A stretch of DNA of 64,000 nucleotides. Source: Candidatus Borkfalkia excrementavium. Its GTDB lineage: Bacteria > Bacillota > Clostridia > Christensenellales > Borkfalkiaceae. Location: the NCBI GenBank assembly GCA_019115945.1, contig DXCO01000040.1, forward strand, positions 40,758 through 104,757, in the 5' to 3' direction. Shown here piece after piece: positions 1 to 10,025 of the stretch (position 1 is the first letter of the stretch; the number at the start of each line of letters is the position of its first letter). A program made the position numbers and the translations under genes. Under the pieces are notes generated by a model. The model was not told where the DNA came from. It did no database searches and saw only the letters and a list, made by a program, of their open reading frames with translations.

Positions 1-1196
1 CACCACGTTTCCACGTAAGGAGCATATGCGTCCGAATATGCACAGGTCACCACGTTGCGCACATCGCGGAGAGATGCGATAACTTCCGCTTTGTTGGATG
101 CCGTGATCGAATTGTCCGCTTCAAGGCGGTCCGCCGTCTCTTTGATCTGTTCGTCGTAGACCCTGGTCACGACCGCAGTCCTGTCGAGCAGGCCGTTGAT
201 ATCCGGCTCGTCGATAAGGCCGATATAGCAGACAGATTTTTCGAGCATATTAAATCCCGTTTCAAAACTCTTTTCGGCAAACGCCGTCAGATATTTATCG
301 AAAATGACGGGATCGATGCACTGCTGACCGTCAACGTTGGTGGTTTCATACGGAATTGTAATATTGGCACACCTCGGATTCTGCATGTATTGGTAGGCAA
401 GTTCCGTATAATACTCGATATCCTCATCCTTATGATTCGTATCCGTCACGATAACGTCAGGATTCAGCCGGTATTCGAACAACGCCTCGGTATATTTGTT
501 GAGCATGGCCTGCGAAGAATCCAGTTCTCCTTTATAAAACGACCACTGATTCAAAAAGATGCTTTTGGCATGGTTCGTTTCGGAAACTTCCAGATCCGCG
601 ACCGTCAGCGTCACGGGAATATTCATGCTTTCTCCGCCGATGGACAGCCTGAAAGATCCCGTATACGTGCCGGCTTCCTGCTCTATATCGACGTTGAAGC
701 GGAAATAGATCCCCTGGTTTTCCCCCGCCTTGACTACGTTTTCCCCGTACTCTTTGGCTGTTTCAAAGGGCAAAAGCGCATCGGGATACATGCCCACAGG
801 CATGCCGTTTCCCTCGAAATTAGAACGCACTTCAATATATTTTTCATGAAAAACGTCTATATTGCTGACAGGAAAAGATTTACCATCTGCTGAAGCAAGC
901 GCAGAGATTTGCACGTCGTAGACGAGATCTTTCTCGTCCGCCGTGATAATGATGTGCTGAGATTCATACTCTCCTTTCGCCGCGGTCACGTTAATGCGCG
1001 CTTCCGTTTTGAAACTGTCGTAAATGCCGTGTACGTCCTGCAACACTTTTTCAGTCGCAGGGGCGCCCCACACCTCGGCATCGGCAAGGCCGCCGGAGGC
1101 CGTGCCTCCGCTCGCTCCCCCCGATCCCGAATCGCAAGCGGCGAGTACGCCCGCCGCAAGCCCCATTGCCAGAATCACCGACAAAATCTTTTTCAT
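1..1196 (-). CDS. DUF4091/GH123-like putative glycoside hydrolase lipoprotein (partial, runs off left edge)
   Basis: Not in ORF track. Hand translation from ATG at 1196 (RBS GGGAGG): MKKILSVILAMGLAAGVLAAC (lipobox LAAC), then AKGEYESQHIII, YPDALLPF, GENQGIYF, AGTYTGSF, IPVTLTV, typical of the N-terminal region of DUF4091/GH123-like proteins. No stop found in the portion translated. Confidence 0.65.
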   Translation of the reverse strand, partial: MKKILSVILAMGLAAGVLAACDSGSGGASGGTASGGLADAEVWGAPATEKVLQDVHGIYDSFKTEARINVTAAKGEYESQHIIITADEKDLVYDVQISALASADGKSFPVSNIDVFHEKYIEVRSNFEGNGMPVGMYPDALLPFETAKEYGENVVKAGENQGIYFRFNVDIEQEAGTYTGSFRLSIGGESMNIPVTLTVADLEVSETNHAKSIFLNQWSFYKGELDSSQAMLNKYTEALFEYRLNPDVIVTDTNHKDEDIEYYTELAYQYMQNPRCANITIPYETTNVDGQQCIDPVIFDKYLTAFAEKSFETGFNMLEKSVCYIGLIDEPDINGLLDRTAVVTRVYDEQIKETADRLEADNSITASNKAEVIASLRDVRNVVTCAYSDAYAPYVETW

Positions 1197-1245
1197 TTTG
1201 ATCCTCCCGATCATATTATTTCCGCGAAAAAATTCGCTTTCACCA

Positions 1246-2871
1246 TTATCTTACGATACCTGAATTGGACAGCGCGTTGTTGAACTTGTTTGACGTCCAT
1301 GCGGAGATCGTCTCGTCATAATAGTCCCCGGGCGTTTTCTGATTTCCGTTAGCAGAAAAAGTCGTATAATAATGTTCAGTCACAAATGCTTTAATACCGC
1401 CGTAGCGCGCCAGAGGAAACGCCCTGTCTGAAGGAAGCGTATAAATTTCATACGCATTGAAATAATCGTGCCTGCTTTGCTGCAACGGATGCAGTTCGTT
1501 ATAAAGTTCTATATTCTTCTCCTTCAGATCGTAATTGAAAGGAAGGCTTGCCCCGCCCGTAGACCGTATATAACTCTCCTGTGCGATGTCCGTTGCCATA
1601 AAACGCAGAAAATCGACCGCTACGTCTTTTCCGTTCGCATACGCAGGGATCACAGCCGTATGGTTGGGGCCGATGGAATGCACGATCGTGCGCGCTTCTC
1701 GGACTGCCGCCACCACCGCATCGTCCGTATAGCCTGCCGTCGATTCAAAGTCCGGCAAACTTGCCGTATCCCCGTCCAAATAATCTATGATGTCGGACAG
1801 CGTGGAATCTTCGATACCCAGTTTTACCCCCAATGCGCTCACGACGGGCATGCGCATCGTTTTGAAAGAATCAATACCGCCCTCTTCGGATATGATATCC
1901 GACATCGTCTGCTCCATCTCCTTAGCAAACCAATCGCCGTTGACGTGGAACACGCCGTGCCCCTGCAAAAACGAGGTCTGCGCCATCATGAATTCGTCGA
2001 GGAAGGAACTGAGGGAAAGATACCCTTTGCTGTAAGCGAGCAGGTCTTCGTATACTTCCAAAGATTTCACTCGGCCCTGCTGCCTGAAAATATTGACGGA
2101 ATAAATATCGTTGTCGATCCCGTTCCAGAAGTCAAGATACCTCGATACCCCTTCGTATTGCGCCCACCAGACGGGGAATAAATAGGACCAGTAATCCGCC
2201 TCCCTCGACTGAACGAAGGAATACCCCTCGTTATATTTGCCGTTATCCTTTCCTTCATTCGCCTTGATTGTAGCGCACACTTCCTCCAAGTCGTCCGTCG
2301 TGTTGGGGACGTCCAGCCCGAAGGAATTAAGAATCGTCTCGTTATATACAAAACTGTTCATTCCCGCCGCCCAGGAAACGGTATAATATGATTCGGACGA
2401 AAGATTGGTCGTATCGATATAGCGGTTGGATTCGTTATAACTTCCGATCGCCTTATCGATCCAAAGAACGGGCTTCCCGCTTTCGTCCGTCTCCCCGGGA
2501 ACAGGGGAATTATATACGCTTTCCGTAAGATCCAATAAATCCCCATTGGGGCCGGCATAGTCGAACAGGTTTGTTCCGAAAATAAGATCTATAGTATTCG
2601 ACCGCTCGCCGGCGTTGAGTTTACTTTCCGCAAAGTTTGATACGTCGTTCGTGATGGGCTGCAAAATATTCAGATTCGGATATTTTTCTTTCACCCAGTC
2701 CTGATCGGCGAAAAGATCGAGCATTTCCCCTACCCAGTCGACGCCGTAACCGGCATCGAATGCATACACTTCCAAAGTACTCTCGGTATCGGGCGATCTT
2801 TGATACGTACACCCTGCTAAAGCCGCGACGGAAAGCGTGACACCTAATGCAACACAAATCAGTTTTTTCAT
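1246..2871 (-). CDS. Carbohydrate ABC transporter substrate-binding lipoprotein
   Basis: Signal peptide with lipobox LAGC, GYG motif, F-x-x-G...NGDW motif of family-1 SBPs, directly downstream of two permeases. Confidence 0.85.
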   Translation of the reverse strand: MKKLICVALGVTLSVAALAGCTYQRSPDTESTLEVYAFDAGYGVDWVGEMLDLFADQDWVKEKYPNLNILQPITNDVSNFAESKLNAGERSNTIDLIFGTNLFDYAGPNGDLLDLTESVYNSPVPGETDESGKPVLWIDKAIGSYNESNRYIDTTNLSSESYYTVSWAAGMNSFVYNETILNSFGLDVPNTTDDLEEVCATIKANEGKDNGKYNEGYSFVQSREADYWSYLFPVWWAQYEGVSRYLDFWNGIDNDIYSVNIFRQQGRVKSLEVYEDLLAYSKGYLSLSSFLDEFMMAQTSFLQGHGVFHVNGDWFAKEMEQTMSDIISEEGGIDSFKTMRMPVVSALGVKLGIEDSTLSDIIDYLDGDTASLPDFESTAGYTDDAVVAAVREARTIVHSIGPNHTAVIPAYANGKDVAVDFLRFMATDIAQESYIRSTGGASLPFNYDLKEKNIELYNELHPLQQSRHDYFNAYEIYTLPSDRAFPLARYGGIKAFVTEHYYTTFSANGNQKTPGDYYDETISAWTSNKFNNALSNSGIVR

Positions 2872-2887
2872 GTTTACCTCCGATTTT

Positions 2888-3847
2888 TTATCCTTTCAGT
2901 CCCCCGACTGTAAAGTTCTGCATGATCGTATTGGAAAATCCGCCGTACAATGCGATGACGGGGATCGTCGATACGAGCAATCCCGCAAAATAAACGGGAT
3001 AATTGCCTCCCCTCGTCAGGGAGAGTTGAATGCGGTAGATACCGGACGCGAGCGTCGGATAGTCCGGAAGGTACAGCAATACCGTCATATAATCGTTCCA
3101 TGCCCCGATAAAGGCCATGATCGCCAAAGTGAGCATGGGCGGCCACGCCTGCGGGAGCATGACCCTGAAAAACGCGGTGCCGTGCCCGCCTCCGTCGATG
3201 AACACCGCCTCCGCATAACTCCACGGAAGATTTGCAAAAAATCCGTACATGACAAGAAAGTTGAACCCGAACCCTCCGAAATTGTTCAAAAACGGAAACA
3301 GCGGAGTGTTGTAAATACCCAATATCGTCATCAGCCTGAATGAAGCGCCCGTGGAACCGATGATGGGAATGGTCATGGAAAAGATTGCGATGCCGTAGAA
3401 AAATCCGCGCAGTTTGAAACGGTATTTCGCAAGGCAATACCCCGTCAGCGTGCTCGCTGCGACCCCGCAGACAACACAGGCAAACGTATACCAGAGACTG
3501 TTGAAGAGCATGGTAGGCAGATAAATATCGTTGCCCATGGAATCGACCATTTTCATGCTCGTGAACGCTTCGACGTAGTTGGAAAAAAGCCATTTGTCCG
3601 GCAACGCGAACGATGCGCTCGCATTGCGGTCGTTTATGTATTCAAGCCCCCCTTTCAAAGAGTTGATAAAAAGGAACAAAAACGGCGCTATCAAAGAGAC
3701 AGCATACAGGACGAAGATGACGAAAACAATTGCAAAGACAATCTTTTCCCCCTTGCCCCTCTTAGACAGGATGGATCCCTCTTTGCTGACCTTGATTTCC
3801 AAAGGGACGAATTTCCCTTGATCGTACCCGACAACTTTTTTGATCAT
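2888..3847 (-). CDS. Carbohydrate ABC transporter permease (MalG-like)
   Basis: Multiple TM helices, EAA-loop variant EAVFIDGG, WNDY motif. Confidence 0.9.
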   Translation of the reverse strand: MIKKVVGYDQGKFVPLEIKVSKEGSILSKRGKGEKIVFAIVFVIFVLYAVSLIAPFLFLFINSLKGGLEYINDRNASASFALPDKWLFSNYVEAFTSMKMVDSMGNDIYLPTMLFNSLWYTFACVVCGVAASTLTGYCLAKYRFKLRGFFYGIAIFSMTIPIIGSTGASFRLMTILGIYNTPLFPFLNNFGGFGFNFLVMYGFFANLPWSYAEAVFIDGGGHGTAFFRVMLPQAWPPMLTLAIMAFIGAWNDYMTVLLYLPDYPTLASGIYRIQLSLTRGGNYPVYFAGLLVSTIPVIALYGGFSNTIMQNFTVGGLKG

Positions 3848-3859
3848 TTCCCGCCCTCC

Positions 3860-4810
3860 TCAATATTCCACCGTAGGTACCCGTTCGAGGAGCCAGCGGA
3901 TCAGCAGTATGATCGGGACCCCGACGAGCGTAAAGCACAGTCCTGCGCAGGACACGAGGTTGTACGACCCCGAACCACCCACGGCGCCCGTACCGTAGAC
4001 TTGCTGAAAAATCCAGAAACTGATGGTCGTCGTCTCAAAAGAACCGTTGGTAAAGAGCAGGATCGGCCCGCTCGAATTGAAGATGCCCGTAAAGGCAAAC
4101 ACGATCAGCGTGGATACGGAAGACCAGATGAGCGGGAAAATCAGTTGAACAAGTTCCCGAAACGGGCCGCAGCCTTCCAGCCGTGCCGATTCAAGCACGT
4201 CGACGGGAATACGAGTCATCGCTCCGCCGAACAGAAGAATGTTCGAACAAAATCCGACCCAGATACTGTATACGACGATCGTAGCCGTTGCCGTAGAGTT
4301 TTTACCGAGCAACCCTTCGGGAGGCAAAGAACCGCCGAACGCCTCCACAATATTGCCGAGCGGTCCTCTCGGGTCGATAAAGTTCATGTACGACGTGACC
4401 ATCGCGACCGCCGAAATGATCGCAGGTAAATAAAAGATAATCCTGAACCCTTTAAAAAACAGTATCCTTTTATAAATAAAATAGGTGATGATCACCGAAA
4501 GAGGCATGATCACGAAAAGATTCGCGCAGAAATAGTACATCGTATTTCTGACCGCGATCTTGATCTCGCCGTAAGGCGAAGTCAGCCCCTCCCAAAACTG
4601 TACAAAATTGTTCGTTGTCCAGGCGTCCGTTCTCTGATCCTGAAAAGCGAGGAGAATGGAACTCAGATTCACGTACAGCCAAAACACCAGCCATTGAATG
4701 AAGGGCAGTGACATCATGCAGATCAGAAAGATCGTCTGATTGCGTTTTTTCTTATTCCCCCTCACTCCGGAAGATCGTTTTTGCCGTGCAGATTCCGCAG
4801 GAACAGCCAT
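3860..4810 (-). CDS. Carbohydrate ABC transporter permease (MalF-like)
   Basis: TM helices, FRIIFYLP, EAA loop ESARLEG. Confidence 0.9.
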   Translation of the reverse strand: MAVPAESARQKRSSGVRGNKKKRNQTIFLICMMSLPFIQWLVFWLYVNLSSILLAFQDQRTDAWTTNNFVQFWEGLTSPYGEIKIAVRNTMYYFCANLFVIMPLSVIITYFIYKRILFFKGFRIIFYLPAIISAVAMVTSYMNFIDPRGPLGNIVEAFGGSLPPEGLLGKNSTATATIVVYSIWVGFCSNILLFGGAMTRIPVDVLESARLEGCGPFRELVQLIFPLIWSSVSTLIVFAFTGIFNSSGPILLFTNGSFETTTISFWIFQQVYGTGAVGGSGSYNLVSCAGLCFTLVGVPIILLIRWLLERVPTVEY

Positions 4811-4825
4811 GCAATAAACCTCCGA

Positions 4826-6607
4826 TTAAAGAATTTTATATATCAACCGCGTTTTGCAGCCGCCGAGCGGCTCGAAAACGATTCCTTTTATCCTTTTTTC
4901 AGGGCAGGGATTGCAAAATACCGTGCGGAACCGCATTTCCCCGTCCGACTGTTCCGGAAGGCACATGTATAATGTCTGCGCCCATTCGCGGCTGCCCGAA
5001 ACGGTATCCGCCGATCCCGTATTTTCACCGTTCACCGCGGGATATTCTGCCTCGGTGCCGTCTTCGAAAAGCAGGCAAAACTTTCCCAATTCTCCTTCGT
5101 TTTCAGCAAATTCTCCGCACCAGAAAAAGCGGTGCGCTTCGCCGCGGTCGGCTGAGGATACGATCTCGACCCTCGAATTTTTCGGTATTTCGGCAAGCCG
5201 CCGTGCATACAGCGATTCCGCGATCTGATTCCTGCGGACGGAAAGATCTTGCGCTTCCCCTTCCCAGAAAAGGCAGGCGGAAGCGGCGAGGGAATAGATC
5301 TGCAGATTTCTCTGCATGCTTTTGCGGTCGAACGCGCCCCAGTTTGATACGGCGCCGCCCAGCGGGCCCCTTTTCAGCCTTTCGTTCCAGCCGTCTATCT
5401 CGTCGCAGCATAAATTGCCGTAAACAAAAGAATACCCGTTTTTGATATACGTCTGATCAAGATGGGCGCCGAATTCCCAATACCAGTTGATCATGAGAAT
5501 GTCTTTGGGCAGTTTTTCCGCACAGCGCCAAAGCGGCGGCACGGTCACATGATAGCCCGCTTCGTTGATGCGGTCCACACCCGCTCCGCCGATCCGTTCC
5601 TCACCGCGGCGGGCGTCGAGCAGTTTTTCGCCCCACATCATCGTCCGGATCCCGCGCTTTTTCAGCCAATTGTGAATTTTGACGATATCGCCGACGTACA
5701 GATCGACGGGATCTTTCTCTTTACACCGATCGCACAGCGCGACCGAATAAAATTCGTCGTGCCCGATATTGATTAAACGGGGCTGAAAAACGCCGATCAC
5801 TTCTTCGAGAATGTCGAACACGATTTCGTAAGTCCCTTCATTTGAAGGGCAGTATGTATTGGGATAAGGGTCTTCCTTTCTCTCCGCAAGTTCGGGATGC
5901 GCGAGGCAGATATAATCCGCATGAGACAGGAGAGGGACTTCGGGGATCACTTCCAGCCCCATCCGTTTGAGGCGGGAGACGATCTCTTCCGTTTCCTTTT
6001 TTGTGAGTACTTCGCCGTCCGCATTTTCGGCGTGTATGGAATCTTTTTCCCAAGGATAACCACACTGAATTTCCAGGCTGCGTCCCGAATATCTGCGTAC
6101 GTCTTCCATAAACCGCGACCATGCTCGATTGATTTCGGGATGTCTTTCGTACTCCATCGCCCCGCCCGCTTCCAATATGACGGTATTGTATTTGAAATCG
6201 GTCAGAAAACGCATTGACCGAAAAAAATCTTCCTTCCCTTCCCGCGAGGGGAGATATGCGCGATAAGCGCGGAAAGAGCAGATCGGCTCCCCTGCAAACG
6301 TGCATGCGCGTAAACCGTTTCGAGAGAGCGCCATATCTTTAAGATCCGCAAGCGCGTACAATGCGCCGGAAAAAGCAACTGCGGATATGACGATTTCTTC
6401 CCCTACCGATACGGTATAGCGTTCCTTTTCTCTTCCTTCGATTTTTACGATACGCACCCGCCCGACCGAACGACCGTCTGTGCAAATAGAACGCAGATCG
6501 TCAAAATATTCGGAAAGGTATCTTTCCTGAAAATCCGATTCCAGCGCGGCATCTGCAAGAGAAAGACGTTCTCCCTGCGGTTTTTTCACAAAGCGGTGCG
6601 AAAACAA
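4826..6607 (-). CDS. Glycoside hydrolase family 20 (beta-N-acetylhexosaminidase-like), cytoplasmic
   Basis: KYNTVILE, IPEVPLLSH, catalytic IGHDE motif, MMWGE, NWYW. TTG start with RBS; no signal peptide. Confidence 0.8.
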   Translation of the reverse strand: MFSHRFVKKPQGERLSLADAALESDFQERYLSEYFDDLRSICTDGRSVGRVRIVKIEGREKERYTVSVGEEIVISAVAFSGALYALADLKDMALSRNGLRACTFAGEPICSFRAYRAYLPSREGKEDFFRSMRFLTDFKYNTVILEAGGAMEYERHPEINRAWSRFMEDVRRYSGRSLEIQCGYPWEKDSIHAENADGEVLTKKETEEIVSRLKRMGLEVIPEVPLLSHADYICLAHPELAERKEDPYPNTYCPSNEGTYEIVFDILEEVIGVFQPRLINIGHDEFYSVALCDRCKEKDPVDLYVGDIVKIHNWLKKRGIRTMMWGEKLLDARRGEERIGGAGVDRINEAGYHVTVPPLWRCAEKLPKDILMINWYWEFGAHLDQTYIKNGYSFVYGNLCCDEIDGWNERLKRGPLGGAVSNWGAFDRKSMQRNLQIYSLAASACLFWEGEAQDLSVRRNQIAESLYARRLAEIPKNSRVEIVSSADRGEAHRFFWCGEFAENEGELGKFCLLFEDGTEAEYPAVNGENTGSADTVSGSREWAQTLYMCLPEQSDGEMRFRTVFCNPCPEKRIKGIVFEPLGGCKTRLIYKIL

Positions 6608-6621
6608 ATTTACTTCCCCCC

Positions 6622-7653
6622 TTACGCAAACATGAACAGGACGGTCGAAACGATCACCAATACGAGCGCGGCGATCGTTCCCGGCCGCAGTTTTTCTTTA
6701 TATAAGATCATTCCCCATATCGTCGAAAAGAGGATCGTGCCCCCGTTTATGATGGGAAAGGTCACCGAAGAACCGAGTGCGCCCGGCTGCGTGGCAAGGG
6801 CGATAAAGTAGTCGCCCAGCCCGTTGCACAGACCGTACAGGACGGGCAGCAATATGATCAGGCACACTTCTTTTGCAGAGATCTTCCGCGCAGAGGCCGC
6901 GCATGCTGCACCCGCTTCGGCGGACGGCGTTTCCGTCGGTGCGGGGACGGCAGGGCCTGCCTTCGCGCGGCGGAGCCTGTCATAAATCTTGACCGCCGCA
7001 TACAGGACGCCGCAGAGCAATACGGTGGAAAGGCCGTACCAGGTCATAAACGCATCGTTGTTGACGGAAAAACTTCCGTCCGCATTTGCGATCGCGGCGA
7101 CCGTCTGCGCCGGATGATTCTGATGTACCGTGAACAGCACGCCGATCATGCCGTTCATGATAAAGATGCCGATATAGCAGATGAGGGCTTTCGGGGTAAA
7201 AACCTTTTTGCCGGAAGACGTGACCGAAAACACGATCGCCGCCAGCATGAGCGCGATGGCAATGCCCTTGATCCACCCGAAACTTTCATGGTAGAACACA
7301 AGCCCGACGAACGTGGGGAGGATCAGGCTTCCGAGCATCATAAATACGGAGTAGATGCTCATATCCCCCACCGCGAGAACGCGGATACCCATATACACGC
7401 AGGAAAGGGAAACCGCGGCGATGAGCAGAGTCATCAGAAAGGTAAACGTGCTGAACCCGAAATTGAAACTTTTATAGGTGATGCAACCCTTGATAAAAAA
7501 GAAGAGAGCAATGGTAAAGTATGCGCCCAAAGAAAGTTTGACGGAACTTAAAAAGCCTGTACCGTTGCGCCTCTGGTATTGCCTCGTGACAAGAAACTGC
7601 GTAGAGAAAATGAGTGCAGCCACAAATAGCAGGATATAATAGAGCGTCTTCAT
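6622..7653 (-). CDS. EamA/DMT family transporter
   Basis: About 10 TM helices in two repeats; C-terminal ILYKEK motif. Confidence 0.75.
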   Translation of the reverse strand: MKTLYYILLFVAALIFSTQFLVTRQYQRRNGTGFLSSVKLSLGAYFTIALFFFIKGCITYKSFNFGFSTFTFLMTLLIAAVSLSCVYMGIRVLAVGDMSIYSVFMMLGSLILPTFVGLVFYHESFGWIKGIAIALMLAAIVFSVTSSGKKVFTPKALICYIGIFIMNGMIGVLFTVHQNHPAQTVAAIANADGSFSVNNDAFMTWYGLSTVLLCGVLYAAVKIYDRLRRAKAGPAVPAPTETPSAEAGAACAASARKISAKEVCLIILLPVLYGLCNGLGDYFIALATQPGALGSSVTFPIINGGTILFSTIWGMILYKEKLRPGTIAALVLVIVSTVLFMFA

Positions 7654-8909
7654 GCCTTATTTTCAGCCTGTTCGCATTCTTTGCGGTACATTTCGGCAAC
7701 TTTTTCGTATACGCTGTCCGCGATGACAGGGTTGCCCTTGGAATAAGAAGGAACGGCGTCCTTTCCCGCAACTTTGGGATCCACGCACCATACGTCGTTC
7801 CGGTATTTGTCTCTCGCCTCTTTCGTGCGCAGATCGGGGATCTCGAGCGGCTTGTTCCCCGCAAAAACCGATTTATAGGCGATCAGGCCGGGCAGGAACA
7901 TATCCAGCGCTTCATAGATGTCGATGGATTGCCCGCCGTCGTCGCGGCCGAGAATTTTCTGTATAAAATAATGCATCTCGTAGTAATCCGCTCCGCCGTG
8001 CATTTCGATCATCTTATTGGCCGCGGACAGGCTGTGCGAAACGTTGTCTGTCGTCAGTTTTTCGTTGAACCACTCATTGACGACGTTATAGGCACTCTCT
8101 CCCTTGCGGTCCGTTTCGGCGGCGCCGATCGTACCGTACAGCGAATACCACAGGCCGTACTTATGCATATCTCCGTGCGTGCTCCTGATGACCGCGCCCG
8201 AAGCGGTCGTGATCATCTCGATCCCCGCGGTGCCTTTCAGGTACCCCAGATCGAGCAGGCGCGGCGAAAGCGGCAGTTCGTACCCGACGACGGAGACGGG
8301 TTTTTCTCCCGTGATATGCAGGATGGGCCCGATGGAATGGGTACAATAATATGTGGCATACATGCGGTTGCGCCAATGATTTCTGTCTCCGTACGTGATC
8401 TTATGCCAAATGGAGGAACAGTCGTGGATATATTCTCCCTCCGCATACAGCACCTGCCCGTATTTGCCTGCACGATAATTTTCGCGCATCTTCATCACGC
8501 CCGGGAAGTAGCAGCAATTTTCTCCGAAAGCGTATACCTTGCCGCTCCGTTCGACCGCTTCGACCAGTTCGACCGCCTCTTTCATGCACTGCACGGGAGA
8601 TATGTCGCTCAAAACGTGCAGCCCGAGATCGAGGCAGCGCACCGCGTAAGGCGCGTGTTCGGTGGCATAATTCGCAAGGACGACCGCATCCATGTCGCAT
8701 TTTATAAAATCTTCAAAATCGCGGTACAACGCTACGTGCCCTTCCTTTCCGTGTTTTTTCAGAAAAGCGCGGCAGTCGTCGAGCACCTTTTCATTCATAT
8801 CGCAGATCGCGACCAACTCGGCCTCGTCGTAAAAGGTGCAAAATTCGATCATTGAAATGCCCCTGCCTCCTCCGAATACGCCGATTTTCACCTTCTTGTT
8901 TGCGGCCAT
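7650..8909 (-). CDS. Gfo/Idh/MocA-family NAD(+)-binding protein, GH109-like glycosidase
   Basis: Rossmann GVFGGGRG; ENCCY, GEYIHD, YCTH (cf. GH109 YPTH), HGGAD (cf. GH109 GHGGMD), EIPDLR. Start moved to ATG 8909 behind GGAGG. Confidence 0.8.
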   Translation of the reverse strand: MAANKKVKIGVFGGGRGISMIEFCTFYDEAELVAICDMNEKVLDDCRAFLKKHGKEGHVALYRDFEDFIKCDMDAVVLANYATEHAPYAVRCLDLGLHVLSDISPVQCMKEAVELVEAVERSGKVYAFGENCCYFPGVMKMRENYRAGKYGQVLYAEGEYIHDCSSIWHKITYGDRNHWRNRMYATYYCTHSIGPILHITGEKPVSVVGYELPLSPRLLDLGYLKGTAGIEMITTASGAVIRSTHGDMHKYGLWYSLYGTIGAAETDRKGESAYNVVNEWFNEKLTTDNVSHSLSAANKMIEMHGGADYYEMHYFIQKILGRDDGGQSIDIYEALDMFLPGLIAYKSVFAGNKPLEIPDLRTKEARDKYRNDVWCVDPKVAGKDAVPSYSKGNPVIADSVYEKVAEMYRKECEQAENKA

Positions 8910-8941
8910 TGCATTTTCCTCCACTTATACCGTTAAACAAA

Positions 8942-8983
8942 TTTTTACGTGCCTGGCACGTAAAAAGAGGCATGCCTCTTTTT
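8942..8983. repeat. Two interlocked perfect inverted repeats
   Basis: TTTTTACGTGCC-T-GGCACGTAAAAA (8942-8966) and AAAAAGAGGCA|TGCCTCTTTTT (8962-8983) share the A5 tract. Confidence 0.85.
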
Positions 8984-9085
8984 GATTTTGCTGATCCCTT
9001 TTGCACCGCCGCCGTTTTTTTCGGCCGATGCGGCTTTTATCGTTCAGGGCTCGAAAAGCCTTCGAAAATTCGCCCTTTTATTAAG

Positions 9086-9853
9086 TTATACCCTTCTCAG
9101 CCCCATCTCTCCGATCACTTTCATTGCGGGGGCGGGGTCGTTGCACGTCAGAAGGCGCGCGCCGCAGGAGACGGCTTTGCGCACGTCTTCTTCCGTATCC
9201 GGACACCATGCCCAGGGCTGAATGCCGCAGTCAAGATATTCTTGAACGAGTTTTTCCGTGATGGCCCACATCGGAATGCCGACCGCATACATATGATCGC
9301 GCGTTTCGTTCGAGAAATTGTCGTGCATGTCGTCGGGGAATCCCTGCGTCATGACGCCGTATTTCTGATGCGCGTATTGTATGATGTTCGCATCAAAACA
9401 GGCGATCACGAAGCGATCCTGCATGCCGTAATCGAAAAGGGTGCGCACGGTGGCATCCACGACTTCAAAGGTACGGTCCTTGATCTCTACGTTCAGAGAG
9501 ATATCGGTGCCCTGCACCAGTTCGAGAAGTTCTTTGAACTCGGGAATGCGCTCTCCGCGGAAATCATAACTTTTATGCGATCCGGCATCCATCATTTTGA
9601 TCTGCTCGAGAGTAAACGACCGGACCTTGCCCGACTTTTCCGTCACCCTGTCTACCCACGGGTCGTGGATCAGGACCAATTTTTTATCCGCCGTCATGTT
9701 CACGTCGATCTCCAACTGGTCGACGCCCGACTCGATCGCCTTGCGGTAGGAAAGCATCGTGTTTTCGGGATATTTCGCGCAGATCCCCCGATGCCCCGCT
9801 ATGATAATATCTTTATTGCTTTTATGAAACAGAACTTTATTCCCGATCGCCAT
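9086..9853 (-). CDS. Glycerophosphodiester phosphodiesterase (GDPD family)
   Basis: HRG...PENT, LEIDV, IHD, NVEIK motifs; no signal peptide. Confidence 0.9.
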   Translation of the reverse strand: MAIGNKVLFHKSNKDIIIAGHRGICAKYPENTMLSYRKAIESGVDQLEIDVNMTADKKLVLIHDPWVDRVTEKSGKVRSFTLEQIKMMDAGSHKSYDFRGERIPEFKELLELVQGTDISLNVEIKDRTFEVVDATVRTLFDYGMQDRFVIACFDANIIQYAHQKYGVMTQGFPDDMHDNFSNETRDHMYAVGIPMWAITEKLVQEYLDCGIQPWAWCPDTEEDVRKAVSCGARLLTCNDPAPAMKVIGEMGLRRV

Positions 9854-9915
9854 GTTCTTCTCCTTTTTCGGTCGCTTTTCCGTAAATTCCGCGGCAGTGC
9901 GCTCTTTTTGAACTC

Positions 9916-9944
9916 ATTATAAACCATAAATAAAATTTTTTCAA
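9916..9944 (-). promoter_or_regulatory. SigmaA-type promoter of the glycan operon
   Basis: TTGAAA-17bp-TATAAT on minus strand. Confidence 0.7.
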
Positions 9945-10025
9945 TAGTGGTACAAAAAATGATAAAAAATATAAAAACGATACAAGAATAATACAATATC
10001 GATAAACTTTGAACCGAAATCAGAC

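Noticed and set aside
390-1283. Plus-strand ORFs listed at the left edge
   Set aside because: The real gene is the minus-strand lipoprotein starting at 1196, which the track missed because it runs off the window.
1246-4810. ABC sugar transporter lacking an ATPase gene
   Set aside because: Normal for Firmicute CUT1 systems, which share an MsmX/MsmK-type ATPase; the locus also continues beyond the window edge.
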